From Flavobacteriales bacterium (GTDB lineage: Bacteria > Bacteroidota > Bacteroidia > Flavobacteriales > UBA7430): 64,000 nt of DNA. The stretch is taken from positions 786-64,785 of the forward strand of contig NZJX01000011.1 in assembly GCA_002692065.1 (NCBI GenBank), given 5' to 3'. Shown in pieces: positions 19,301 to 27,919 of the stretch (positions are counted from its first letter, which is position 1; each line of letters begins with the position of its first letter). The notes beneath the pieces were generated by a model. The model searched no databases and was not told where the DNA came from. It saw nothing but the letters and a program-made list of their open reading frames with translations. The translations under genes and the position numbers were made by a program.

Positions 19301-19795
19301 CTTGGACCAAAATATGGCAAGATGATAAAATACATAAACAAAAAAATTTCTAATTTCAATCAAAATCAAATTAACAACATTGAAAAATATGGTTATATTG
19401 AAATTTTACTTAATAATAACAAAATTGTAATCAAGAAAGAAGATGTAATAATTAATTCAAATGAAATAGATGGATTATCTATAAGTAATAATTATGGACT
19501 AACAATTGCTTTAGATATTGAACTAACAGATAAACTTATTTTTGAGGGAATTGCCAGAGAACTAATAAATAGGATTCAAAATTTAAGAAAAGAAAAAAAA
19601 TTTAATGTTACAGATAAAATAATATTATATATTTTGTGTGATAACAAAATTAATGAAGCAATTATTAATAATAAAGATTACATTTGTGAAGAAACATTAA
19701 TTAAAGAAATTAATTTTTTAAAACATAAGCCCAAAAGTTTTAACCATATTGAATTTAACAATTTAAAAAGCTATATTGAAATAAAAAAATGTTGA
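16391..19795 (+). CDS. ileS: Isoleucine--tRNA ligase (long type 2)
   Basis: PSANGMPGIHH (HIGH-type), KMSKR, 1134 aa. Confidence 0.97.
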   Translation: MKKFKEYKSLNLPNDSREILDYWEKHKIFEKSVKKNSVNKPYIFYEGPPSANGMPGIHHVMARTIKDIFCRYKTLKGFLVERKAGWDTHGLPVELSVEKALNISKEDIGNKISIEEYNNECKKTVMKYTHVWNKLTSDMGYWVDTQNPYITYQSKYMESVWSILSKLYDKNLIYKGYTIQPFSPAAGTGLSSHELNQPGCYKMITDTSAIALFELIPSSIKFSKLKQINSPVFALAWTTTPWTLPSNTALCVGENIQYSLVETFNQYDGKNIIIIIAKNLIHKQLVGKYFQTSDVKEFQNYKHLNKKIPFRVLFDFKGKDIVGVKYKQLLNYAKPYQGCENAFRIISGDFVTTDDGTGIVHIAPTFGADDSIVAKKFNIPSLLVMNKNNQPIPIVNFQGKFISGMGDLSGMYVKNEFYEKNNRPKKSVDVIIIINLKVQSKLFYSQKYEHSYPHCWRTDKPILYYPLDSWFIKTTEYKNKLIKLNDSINWKPNSTGIGRFKNWLENLNDWNLSRSRFWGIPIPIWSTKDESERICIGSIEELYNECEKSLKYGIMKHNPLKDFVLGDFSDINYSKIDLHKNYVDKIILCSSDFKPMYRENDLIDVWFDSGSMPYAQHHYPFENKNLIDENKNFPADFIAEGVDQTRGWFFTLHVISTMCFNSVAFKNVISNGLVLDKNGSKMSKRLGNSIDPFLTISKYGPDATRWYMISNSQPWDNLKFDLDGITEIQRKFFGTLHNTYSFFALYANIDGFNYSEKEIDFKNKPEIDRWIISSLNSLLLKVELEYENYEPTKVTRLIQKFVTENLSNWYVRLCRRRFWKGDYTEDKVSAYQTLFTCLIEICKISCPISPFYFDKLYLDLVSSSDYNKNLSVHLSEFPVINSKFIDLSLEKRMKLAQNISSMVLSLRKKEKIKVRQPLSKIIILSSDEEINSDIISISHYILTEVNVKKIDFMSNSSDILKKNIKPNFKILGPKYGKMIKYINKKISNFNQNQINNIEKYGYIEILLNNNKIVIKKEDVIINSNEIDGLSISNNYGLTIALDIELTDKLIFEGIARELINRIQNLRKEKKFNVTDKIILYILCDNKINEAIINNKDYICEETLIKEINFLKHKPKSFNHIEFNNLKSYIEIKKC

Positions 19796-19799
19796 AATT

Positions 19800-20186
19800 A
19801 TGAAAAATGTAAGTAGAAGATACTCTGACTCAGATTTATTAGAATTTAAAAAACTTATAAAGGAAAAAATTAATTCAGCTGGTGAAGATCTTAAAAGGTT
19901 GAGAGACTCAATTACTCAAAACGCAGGGAATGGAACTAATGATACATACTCTGCTTTCAAAGCTTTTGAAGAAGGATCTGAAACCCTTTCAAAAGAATCA
20001 AATTCATTACTAGCTCAAAGACAAGAGAAGTTTATTCTTGATTTAAAAAATGCATTAATTAGAATTGAAAACAAAACTTATGGTATTTGCAGAGTCACAG
20101 GTAAATTAATAAAGAAAGAAAGATTATTACTTGTTCCTCACGCAACTTTGAGCATAGAAGCAAAACAGATGCAAAATAGAAAATAA
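19800..20186 (+). CDS. TraR/DksA-family regulator
   Basis: 128 aa with a coiled-coil N-terminus and a C-terminal degenerate zinc-finger region YGICRVTGKLIKKERLLLVPHAT. The ileS-dksA-like-lspA order is conserved. Confidence 0.7.
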   Translation: MKNVSRRYSDSDLLEFKKLIKEKINSAGEDLKRLRDSITQNAGNGTNDTYSAFKAFEEGSETLSKESNSLLAQRQEKFILDLKNALIRIENKTYGICRVTGKLIKKERLLLVPHATLSIEAKQMQNRK

Positions 20187-20193
20187 CCTTTTT

Positions 20194-20790
20194 ATGAAAA
20201 AATCAATTTTGATTATTCTTATTATAATTTTAATTGATCAAGTCTTAAAAATTTATGTGAAATCATCAATGATTTTAGGTGAGGAGTACAAGATCTTAGA
20301 TTGGTTTTATATTCATTTTACAGAAAATAATGGAATGGCTTTTGGTTTAGAATTTGGTGGTAAGATTGGTAAAGTTATACTGATGATTTTAAGAATATCT
20401 TTTGTCCTAATAATGATTTCCTATGTTAAAAAAACACTTTTTAAACAATATGATAATTTATCATTACTAACTTTTTCCCTAATTATTGGGGGAGCTATAG
20501 GTAACATAATTGATGGTGTTTTTTATGGATATTTTTTTACATCGAGCTTAGGACAAATTTCTACTTTTTCAATTAATGGAAATGGATACGCTCCATTAAT
20601 GTTTGGTAAAGTTGTTGATATGTTTTATTTTCCGTTATACAAAGGATTTTTACCTGATTACATACCTTTTTTAGGAGGAGACTATTTTATATTCTTTAGA
20701 CCTGTATTTAATTTTGCAGATACATGTATATCTATCGGGGTCTTTCTATTAATTTTATTTAATAAAAAGATACTGAAATTTATCGATTAA
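20194..20790 (+). CDS. lspA: Lipoprotein signal peptidase II
   Basis: Four TM segments, NNGMAFGL and FNFAD catalytic-Asp motifs. Confidence 0.9.
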   Translation: MKKSILIILIIILIDQVLKIYVKSSMILGEEYKILDWFYIHFTENNGMAFGLEFGGKIGKVILMILRISFVLIMISYVKKTLFKQYDNLSLLTFSLIIGGAIGNIIDGVFYGYFFTSSLGQISTFSINGNGYAPLMFGKVVDMFYFPLYKGFLPDYIPFLGGDYFIFFRPVFNFADTCISIGVFLLILFNKKILKFID

Positions 20791-22459
20791 GATTTTTGAC
20801 AAATAATTTTTTTATGTCATCAACATTAGATTTTAAAATATCTTCAGCAAATCCAACTTTAACTAATTCCCCTTCACTAATAACGGAAATTCTATCACAA
20901 AATGATTTTACAATATTTAAATTGTGAGAGATGAAAATGAAAGTTAAATTATATTTATTTTTCAAAAAATTAAGTAAGTTTAAAATTTGTCCTTGGAGTG
21001 ATAAATCCAATCCTGATATAGATTCATCAAATATAATAACTTTAGGTTTAACCGCAATTGCCTTAGCTATTGCTACCCTCTGAATTTCTCCCCCCGATAA
21101 TTGGTGTGGATATCTTTCTAAAATTTCTTTTTCTAATCCCACATCTGATAATAAATTATTTAAATATTTTTTCATTTTAATATTATTAGATTCTAATTTA
21201 TAATATTTAATTATTTCCATAATCATAATATCTATTCTTTGTGATGGATTTAATGAAGATTTAGTATTTTGAAAAATTATTTGAATATCTCTCCTTGAAT
21301 TTAGTTTACTTTTAGTAATCTTTCCTGATGTTATTTTTTCTAAATTTAAAATACATTTAACAATAGTGCTTTTTCCTGATCCTGATTTCCCAATAATTCC
21401 AAAACACTCTCCTTTAAAAATTTTTAAATTAATATTTAATAAAGCTGTATGTACAATATCGCTTCTGAAAAATCTTTTAATAAGATATTTTTTTGAAACA
21501 TTAGTTAATTTAATAATAGGTTTATTTTCATATATTCTATTTCTATTTTTAATTAAAATTGTTTTTTCTAAGACATTTTCTTTTCGAAATAAACTAAAAT
21601 TGAAATTTTTTTCTAAGACATTTTCTTTTGTCAAATATTTAATTAGGTTGAATTTGTAACTTTCTTTAATCAATAATAAAGCTTTGGTATAGATATTTAA
21701 AGGATTTTGAAATAAATTTTTAGTCGTATTTTTTTCTAGAATTTTTCCTTTAAATATAACTATTATCCTTTTACTTATTTTTTCTACAATTGATAAATCA
21801 TGACTTACAAATAAACAAGTAAGCTTATATTTTTTTTGGATTTTCTTAAATAAGCAAATTATTTCACTTTGTGTTATATTGTCTAAAGAAGTCGTAGGCT
21901 CATCAGCTATTAAAATTCTTGGATTACAAGATAATGCTATAGCAATTATGATCCTTTGAAGTTGACCTCCTGATAATTGATGTGGATAAGAATTGTAAAT
22001 CCTTTCTGTATCTGAAAAATCAACAGATTTTAATAAACTGTGAGTTTTAATTTTTGAAAATTTATTATTGAGACCTAAATTATATTTTACACCTTCTAAA
22101 ATTTGTTCACCACACTTTATTTTAGGATTTAAAGAATTTAAAGGACTTTGAAAAATAATTGATATTTCATTTAGTCTAATTTTTCTTATTTCTTTTTCAT
22201 TTAAGTTTAATAACGGTATTTTCTCATTATTTTTATAATACCATATCTGCCCAGAATCAATTTTTAAATTACTTGAACGCAACAGCGATAAAATTGTTAA
22301 ACAAATTATAGATTTTCCTGAACCAGACTCTCCAACCATAGAAATAAACTCTGACTCATAGATTTTAAAACTTACAGAATGTAGTAGAGTATTTTTTTTT
22401 TCAATATTAGATATAGTAAGATTATCTATATGTAGTATTATATTACTTTTATTAAACAA
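20780..22459 (-). CDS. ABC transporter ATP-binding protein with two fused NBDs (Dpp/Opp/YejF-like)
   Basis: Walker A GESGSGKS and GKSGSGKS, signatures LSGGQLQR and LSGGEIQR, Walker B LIADEPT and IIFDES. TTG start. Confidence 0.9.
   Translation of the reverse strand: MFNKSNIILHIDNLTISNIEKKNTLLHSVSFKIYESEFISMVGESGSGKSIICLTILSLLRSSNLKIDSGQIWYYKNNEKIPLLNLNEKEIRKIRLNEISIIFQSPLNSLNPKIKCGEQILEGVKYNLGLNNKFSKIKTHSLLKSVDFSDTERIYNSYPHQLSGGQLQRIIIAIALSCNPRILIADEPTTSLDNITQSEIICLFKKIQKKYKLTCLFVSHDLSIVEKISKRIIVIFKGKILEKNTTKNLFQNPLNIYTKALLLIKESYKFNLIKYLTKENVLEKNFNFSLFRKENVLEKTILIKNRNRIYENKPIIKLTNVSKKYLIKRFFRSDIVHTALLNINLKIFKGECFGIIGKSGSGKSTIVKCILNLEKITSGKITKSKLNSRRDIQIIFQNTKSSLNPSQRIDIMIMEIIKYYKLESNNIKMKKYLNNLLSDVGLEKEILERYPHQLSGGEIQRVAIAKAIAVKPKVIIFDESISGLDLSLQGQILNLLNFLKNKYNLTFIFISHNLNIVKSFCDRISVISEGELVKVGFAEDILKSNVDDIKKLFVKNLNR
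21562..21629. repeat. 23-nt perfect direct repeat, 45-nt period, in the inter-NBD linker
   Basis: ttttttctaagacattttctttt occurs at 21562-21584 and 21607-21629. It encodes the duplicated KENVLEK on the minus strand. Confidence 0.9.
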
Positions 22460-22464
22460 AAAAT

Positions 22465-23628
22465 TTAATTTTTATTTTTTTCATCTGTGCTAATAATTTC
22501 AATTATATAATCTTTTAAATCTGATGGAAGAATTAATGAATCATATTTTTGAAAATGACCTAACCTTACAGCTATAAGTCTTAATTCCGGAATTAAAATT
22601 AAATATTGACCTAATAAACCAGTTAAACAAAAGACAGGATATTTAAATTCTTTATCAAATTTTCTCCAAGAATATGAATAGTGATTTACTATCCCATTAT
22701 TTAGAGATTCGCGAACAAATTTTTTATCCAAAATTTGTTCACTTTTCCATACTCCATTATTAAGATAAAGACTACCTATTCTTGCTAAATCAAGAGCATT
22801 TGTTATAAAACAACAATGACCTTTTTCAATAGACTTATCTTTATCAATTGACCAAAGAGCGTTATAATTAGAATTCAAAGGAGTCCAAAGTTTCTCAGAT
22901 GTATATGAACTTATATTTTTTTTAGTTGCTCTTTGAATTAGAAGTGCTAATAACATTGTATTACCACTTAAGTATCTAAATTGTTCTCCCGGTTTCTCTA
23001 AGAAATTAAGATTTAATGTGAAATTTAAATTGTTATTAGTTAAATATGATTCAGCTAATTGACCCAATGGATTAAAAGAATTTTCATTCCAATATAATCC
23101 TGAACTCATTGTAATTAAATCTTTTATTGTTACCTGATTATTATAACTTTCTCCTTCTCTCTTTAATTCTGGTAAATATTTAATTATTTTTTCATTAATA
23201 TCTCCAATGTAACCTTCCTTAATAGCTATACCTAAAAGGGATGTTACAATCCCCTTAGTGACAGAGAAAGTGTTAGTTAAAGATTTTTCTGATCCAATAT
23301 CCCAATACCTTTCAAAAATTAAACTATCACTTTTAATAATTATAAATGCAATTGATTTATTTTCCTCTAAATAATTTTTAAGATTACTGGTAATTTCAAA
23401 TGAATTAAATTTTTTTGATTTTTCCCATTGAACAGGGTTCTTAGAAATTATTTCACTAGTTTCATGGAAATATTTATAATCTTCTAGTGTGGCAGTAAAA
23501 TTACCAAAAATATATCCTTTAAATAAAGCCGTATAAAAAAAGCTTTTACCACTTAAAATAATCACTAAATTTATCAGTAATATTATTCCAATTAAATACT
23601 TTAATTTTTTTGATATTACAATTAACAT
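22465..23628 (-). CDS. Beta-lactamase-fold serine hydrolase, N-terminally membrane-anchored
   Basis: SxxK motif FSVTKG and an N-terminal hydrophobic helix LKYLIGIILLINLVIIL. 7-nt overlap with the lipB stop. Confidence 0.8.
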   Translation of the reverse strand: MLIVISKKLKYLIGIILLINLVIILSGKSFFYTALFKGYIFGNFTATLEDYKYFHETSEIISKNPVQWEKSKKFNSFEITSNLKNYLEENKSIAFIIIKSDSLIFERYWDIGSEKSLTNTFSVTKGIVTSLLGIAIKEGYIGDINEKIIKYLPELKREGESYNNQVTIKDLITMSSGLYWNENSFNPLGQLAESYLTNNNLNFTLNLNFLEKPGEQFRYLSGNTMLLALLIQRATKKNISSYTSEKLWTPLNSNYNALWSIDKDKSIEKGHCCFITNALDLARIGSLYLNNGVWKSEQILDKKFVRESLNNGIVNHYSYSWRKFDKEFKYPVFCLTGLLGQYLILIPELRLIAVRLGHFQKYDSLILPSDLKDYIIEIISTDEKNKN

Positions 23629-24338
23629 AATTTAAAACTAAATAATTTTTCAAAATGCTTTTTCAATTTTTCTTTTAAATTATTCATACTAATTTCTATG
23701 CCTAATTCTATGTTCATTGATGTTACAGACTTATCTTTAATTCCACATGGTATTATTTTTGTAAAATTACTTAAATCATTGTTAACATTTAAAGCTAGGC
23801 CATGCATTGTTACCCATCTACTTGATTTAACACCGAAAGCACAAATCTTTCTTGCAAACTCACTATTTCGATCAATCCAAACCCCTGTTTGACCTTCAAT
23901 TCTTCCAGATTTAATATCGTATTCTAATAATGTTCTAATTACAACTTCTTCAAGTAATCTAAGATATTTGTGAATATCAGTAAAAAAATTATCTAAGTCA
24001 AAAATTGGATAGCAAACCAATTGACCAGGACCGTGATAAGTTATATCTCCTCCTCTGTTTATTTTATGGAATTTAATTCCTAATGAATCTAATTCTATTT
24101 TATTTATTAACAAGTTTGAAATTTTACCACTTTTACCTATTGTAAAAACACTGTAGTGTTGACAAAAAAGCAGGTAACTTTTGGTTGGAATTTTAACTTG
24201 GTTTAATTTTTCTCTTTTTCTATTTTCACTCTTTATATCTAAAATCTCATTAAATTTAATTTCTTGAATCTCCCAAGCTTTATGAAAATCGATCAAACCT
24301 AAATCATGAAATTCAACTTCATTTAAATTATTATTCAT
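23622..24338 (-). CDS. lipB: Octanoyltransferase
   Basis: NRGGDITYHGPGQLVCYP, HGLALNV, IPCGI motifs. Confidence 0.9.
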   Translation of the reverse strand: MNNNLNEVEFHDLGLIDFHKAWEIQEIKFNEILDIKSENRKREKLNQVKIPTKSYLLFCQHYSVFTIGKSGKISNLLINKIELDSLGIKFHKINRGGDITYHGPGQLVCYPIFDLDNFFTDIHKYLRLLEEVVIRTLLEYDIKSGRIEGQTGVWIDRNSEFARKICAFGVKSSRWVTMHGLALNVNNDLSNFTKIIPCGIKDKSVTSMNIELGIEISMNNLKEKLKKHFEKLFSFKLC

Positions 24339-24348
24339 ATATGAAATT

Positions 24349-25332
24349 TTAAACTTTCTTTAGTTCACTTTTTAGGTAATCTATTACATCAATTTCTTCT
24401 GCAATTACATTATTTTTTTTTGATAAATTATATGAGACATGGTCACATAAATTTATAAGATAAAATGTATTTTCAATTATTGAATTTCCTTTTGACTCAA
24501 TTTCGATTACTGAAGAGGTATATTTAGATATAATTTTTTTATTTATTTCCAATCTCTTAATATTTCTGTAATAGTCTTTTTCATTCTTAAAAAAAATTAC
24601 GGCTAAATTATTATTTTTATTTCTCCAACCAACTAACTCATTGTGATTCATCTCCGGAATGGTATTTGTAAAACCTAGCATTTTTGAATTTTCATTTAAT
24701 TGTTGCTTAAATCTTGTAATCATTCCAGAAAATCCCTCACAACTGTACAAAATTGGTATCTTACCAAATAAGATATCGGTTATTTTCTTTGATTCATTTT
24801 GAATTTCATTTTGATATTCATCAATTAAATCTGCAGAATTTAAAATTTCATTCACGAAATCATAATTAATAATCTTATAATTATATAAAATAAATAAAAT
24901 TTGAGTTATTGAATATCCAATCATTGTTCTTGGAGATTTTGCTTTTGGAAGCAAAATGTAATTAAGATTTTTCTGTTTGGCCAATTCTATTAAAAAGCCA
25001 CCAGAACTGATACAAACAATTTCGCAATTCTTATGTAATGATTTTTTAAAAACCTCAATAGTTTCCTCTGTATTACCAGAGAATGAAGAACAAATAACTA
25101 AAGTATCTTCATTAATATATTTTGGTATATCGTATCCTTTAATAACATTAATGGGCAAAATACTAGTATCTGATACAAACTCAGACACTATTGTTCCTCC
25201 AATACCAGATCCCCCTAGACCAGAAATTATAACATTTTTATATGATCGCTTTTTACTATGTAATGTGAAATTTTCTCCTATTTTAACTGCATCTCTGAGT
25301 TGATGGCTAAAATTTATTATTAAATCTTTCAT
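24349..25332 (-). CDS. SIS-domain bifunctional phosphoglucose/phosphomannose isomerase-like protein
   Basis: SGLGGSGIGG, SSFSGNTEET SIS motifs, about 327 aa. Confidence 0.7.
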   Translation of the reverse strand: MKDLIINFSHQLRDAVKIGENFTLHSKKRSYKNVIISGLGGSGIGGTIVSEFVSDTSILPINVIKGYDIPKYINEDTLVICSSFSGNTEETIEVFKKSLHKNCEIVCISSGGFLIELAKQKNLNYILLPKAKSPRTMIGYSITQILFILYNYKIINYDFVNEILNSADLIDEYQNEIQNESKKITDILFGKIPILYSCEGFSGMITRFKQQLNENSKMLGFTNTIPEMNHNELVGWRNKNNNLAVIFFKNEKDYYRNIKRLEINKKIISKYTSSVIEIESKGNSIIENTFYLINLCDHVSYNLSKKNNVIAEEIDVIDYLKSELKKV

Positions 25333-25407
25333 AAAAATCAGTTTTATTCACCAAATTAAAAAATTTTATTCTAAAAAAGTTGGTATATTTAAAACAAAAT
25401 TAATTTA

Positions 25408-26907
25408 ATGGCCAAAAAAATTTCAGAACAAGAAATTAATAGAAGAAGTTCTCTTGACAAAATAAGAGAGCTTGGTATTAATCCTTTCCCAGCAGAGAGT
25501 TTTAATGTAGATATTAATTCTATTGCATGTAAGAAAGAATTTGTTGATAAAAAAAATGTAAAAATCGCTGGCAGAATTATGTCGAAAAGAGTTATGGGGA
25601 AAGCTTCTTTTGCAGAAATTCAAGACTCTAAAGGAAGAATACAATTATATCTTAACAGAGATGAAATTTGTAACACTGAAAATAAAAGTCTATATAATGA
25701 AGTTTTTAAAAAACTTTTAGATATTGGAGATATTATAGGAGTCCATGGGTTTTTATTTAAAACTAAGGTTGGTGAAATTTCAATTTGGGTTAAAAATATT
25801 ATAATCTTATCTAAATCTATAAAACCTCTTCCGGTAACTAAAATTGATGAAAAAGGAAATAAATATGATGAATTTTCCAATCTTGAACTTAAATATCGAA
25901 GAAGATATGTTGATTTAATTGTAAATGAGAATACTAAAAAAGTTTTTATTGACAGAAATAAAATTATTTCTGTTATGCGAAACTTTTTTAATGATTATTC
26001 GTACTTAGAGGTGGAAACTCCTATTTTACAGAGTATCCCTGGTGGTGCTTCAGCAAGACCTTTTAAAACTCATCATAATTCATTGGATATTCCACTTTAC
26101 TTGAGGATTGCAAATGAATTATATTTAAAAAGGTTAATTGTAGGCGGATTTGATGGTGTATTTGAGTTTGCCAAATGCTTCAGAAATGAAGGAATGGACA
26201 AAACTCATAATCCAGAATTTACAATGTTAGAAATTTATGTAGCATACAAAGATTATTTTTGGATGATGGATTTTACAGAAAAATTATTTGAAAAAATATC
26301 ATTAGAATTTAATAATAGTTCCAAAATTAAAGTGGGAGAAAATGAAATAAACTTAAGACCTCCTTTTGACAGAATTTCAATGACTGAAGTTATTAATAAG
26401 TATACAAATATCGATATTTCAAAACTTAACCTAGATCAGTTAAAAATTGAGTGTGAAAAATTGAATATAGATACCTATGACCTACAAAGTAAAAGTAAAC
26501 TAATTGATGCTATTTTTAGTGAAAAATGTGAACCGAAACTAATCCAACCGACTTTTGTAGTTGATTATCCTAAAGAAATGTCTCCACTGTGTAAAATACA
26601 CAGAAAAAATAAAAATTTGACTGAAAGATTTGAGTTATTTATCAATGGAAAAGAAATTGCAAACGCATATTCAGAATTAAATGATCCTTTGGATCAAAAG
26701 GAACGTTTTAAAAGTCAAATGAAACTTCTCTCAAAAGGAGATGATGAAGCAATGATTATTGATCAGGATTTTATCAGATCTCTTGAATATGGGATGCCTC
26801 CTACTTCAGGCATGGGAATTGGAATTGATAGACTAACAATGCTAATTACAAATCAACCTTCAATTCAAGATGTTATATTTTTTCCACAGATGAAACCAGA
26901 AAAATAA
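25408..26907 (+). CDS. lysS: Lysine--tRNA ligase (class II)
   Basis: OB-fold N-terminus and class II motifs FRNEGMDKTHNPEFTMLE, GMGIGIDR. Confidence 0.97.
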   Translation: MAKKISEQEINRRSSLDKIRELGINPFPAESFNVDINSIACKKEFVDKKNVKIAGRIMSKRVMGKASFAEIQDSKGRIQLYLNRDEICNTENKSLYNEVFKKLLDIGDIIGVHGFLFKTKVGEISIWVKNIIILSKSIKPLPVTKIDEKGNKYDEFSNLELKYRRRYVDLIVNENTKKVFIDRNKIISVMRNFFNDYSYLEVETPILQSIPGGASARPFKTHHNSLDIPLYLRIANELYLKRLIVGGFDGVFEFAKCFRNEGMDKTHNPEFTMLEIYVAYKDYFWMMDFTEKLFEKISLEFNNSSKIKVGENEINLRPPFDRISMTEVINKYTNIDISKLNLDQLKIECEKLNIDTYDLQSKSKLIDAIFSEKCEPKLIQPTFVVDYPKEMSPLCKIHRKNKNLTERFELFINGKEIANAYSELNDPLDQKERFKSQMKLLSKGDDEAMIIDQDFIRSLEYGMPPTSGMGIGIDRLTMLITNQPSIQDVIFFPQMKPEK

Positions 26908-26917
26908 ATATTATCAT

Positions 26918-27805
26918 TCATTTTTTTAATTTTTCGTAACTATTTCTAATTTTGATTAGCTCTGTGATATTTTTATTTATGAAATCTATTTGATTATCGA
27001 AAAAAAAATTTTTGTCGATATTAAACTTATCAATTTTGATTTCTTTTAAAATATTTTTCAACTCACTCGGAGTCACCTGTTGTTTAGAGTCTGTAAGAGC
27101 TTTTTTAGGATTTATATGAGACTCTATCATTATTCCATCGTATTTTAGACTTAATGCTATTTTAATAGTATCAATAATATTTTCTGTATTTCCACATATA
27201 TGAGATGGATCAACTAATAATTTTAATTCAGGAAATTTTTTTTTAACTTCAATAACTTTATCCCAATGAGGAAAATTTCTGAAGGGAGAAGAATAAAATG
27301 AAGAAAAACCTCTATGAATTATTCCAATTTGTGATATTCCAGAAGAAAGTATCCTTTCTAGTGCACCAATCCATAATTTAATATCTAGATGAATAGGGTT
27401 TTTAACTAATATAGTTTTATTAGATCCTTTCAAGGAATCTGATATCTCATTAACTGAAAAAGGATTGGTTGTAGTTCTTGCTCCAATCCAAAAAATATCA
27501 ATATCGTACTTTAAGGCTAATTCTATATGTTTAGCATTAGCTACTTCTATTGCTAAATCTAGATTAGTAATAGTTTTAACTTCCTGCATCCATTTTAGCC
27601 CTTCTTCACCTATTCCTTGAAATCCTATAGCTTTTGTTCTTGGTTTCCATATACCTGCTCTAAAAATTTTTACTCCAATTTTTTTTAATTCAATGGCTGT
27701 ATTTATTAATTGATCTCTCGTCTCTGCACTACATGGCCCTGAAATTATGAAATTACTGTCAAGATAAGGTTTTATCCAAATACTATTTTCTTTTGTTATT
27801 ATCAA
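26918..27805 (-). CDS. 3-deoxy-7-phosphoheptulonate (DAHP) synthase, type I-beta
   Basis: ISGPCSAE, AGIWKPRT..GFQGIGEEGLKW, IGARTTTN, VDPSH motifs. Carries a C-terminal tail of about 50 aa. TTG start. Confidence 0.8.
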   Translation of the reverse strand: MIITKENSIWIKPYLDSNFIISGPCSAETRDQLINTAIELKKIGVKIFRAGIWKPRTKAIGFQGIGEEGLKWMQEVKTITNLDLAIEVANAKHIELALKYDIDIFWIGARTTTNPFSVNEISDSLKGSNKTILVKNPIHLDIKLWIGALERILSSGISQIGIIHRGFSSFYSSPFRNFPHWDKVIEVKKKFPELKLLVDPSHICGNTENIIDTIKIALSLKYDGIMIESHINPKKALTDSKQQVTPSELKNILKEIKIDKFNIDKNFFFDNQIDFINKNITELIKIRNSYEKLKK

Positions 27806-27829
27806 TTAGATACACAATTAAAATTTTCT

Positions 27830-27837
27830 CAAAAATA
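27830..27837 (-). promoter_or_regulatory. -7 promoter box (CAAAAATA on + strand = TATTTTTG on - strand) for the DAHP synthase gene
   Basis: Exact TAnnTTTG on the minus strand, 24 nt upstream of the start codon. Confidence 0.4.
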
Positions 27838-27888
27838 ATAGAAAATATTTAGAATTTTATATTATTCGTTTGAGTATTATAGTTTTAT

Positions 27889-27896
27889 TATATTTG
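27889..27896 (+). promoter_or_regulatory. -7 promoter box TATATTTG for hppA
   Basis: Exact TAnnTTTG 23 nt upstream of ATG 27920. TTTG at 27869-27872 is a possible -33 element, although the spacing is shorter than the consensus. Confidence 0.45.
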
Positions 27897-27919
27897 CCAA
27901 AATTATTATATAAGTTGTT

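Noticed and set aside
6335-25880. Other short track ORFs nested in or antisense to called genes: 6335-6535, 8369-8575, 9917-10111, 10578-10796, 15126-15744, 15991-16185, 19006-19194, 21366-21659, 23698-23892, 24977-25303, 25423-25880
   Set aside because: Each lies within a longer ORF that has recognisable family motifs. All are 60-110 codons, low-complexity, and lack independent start context.
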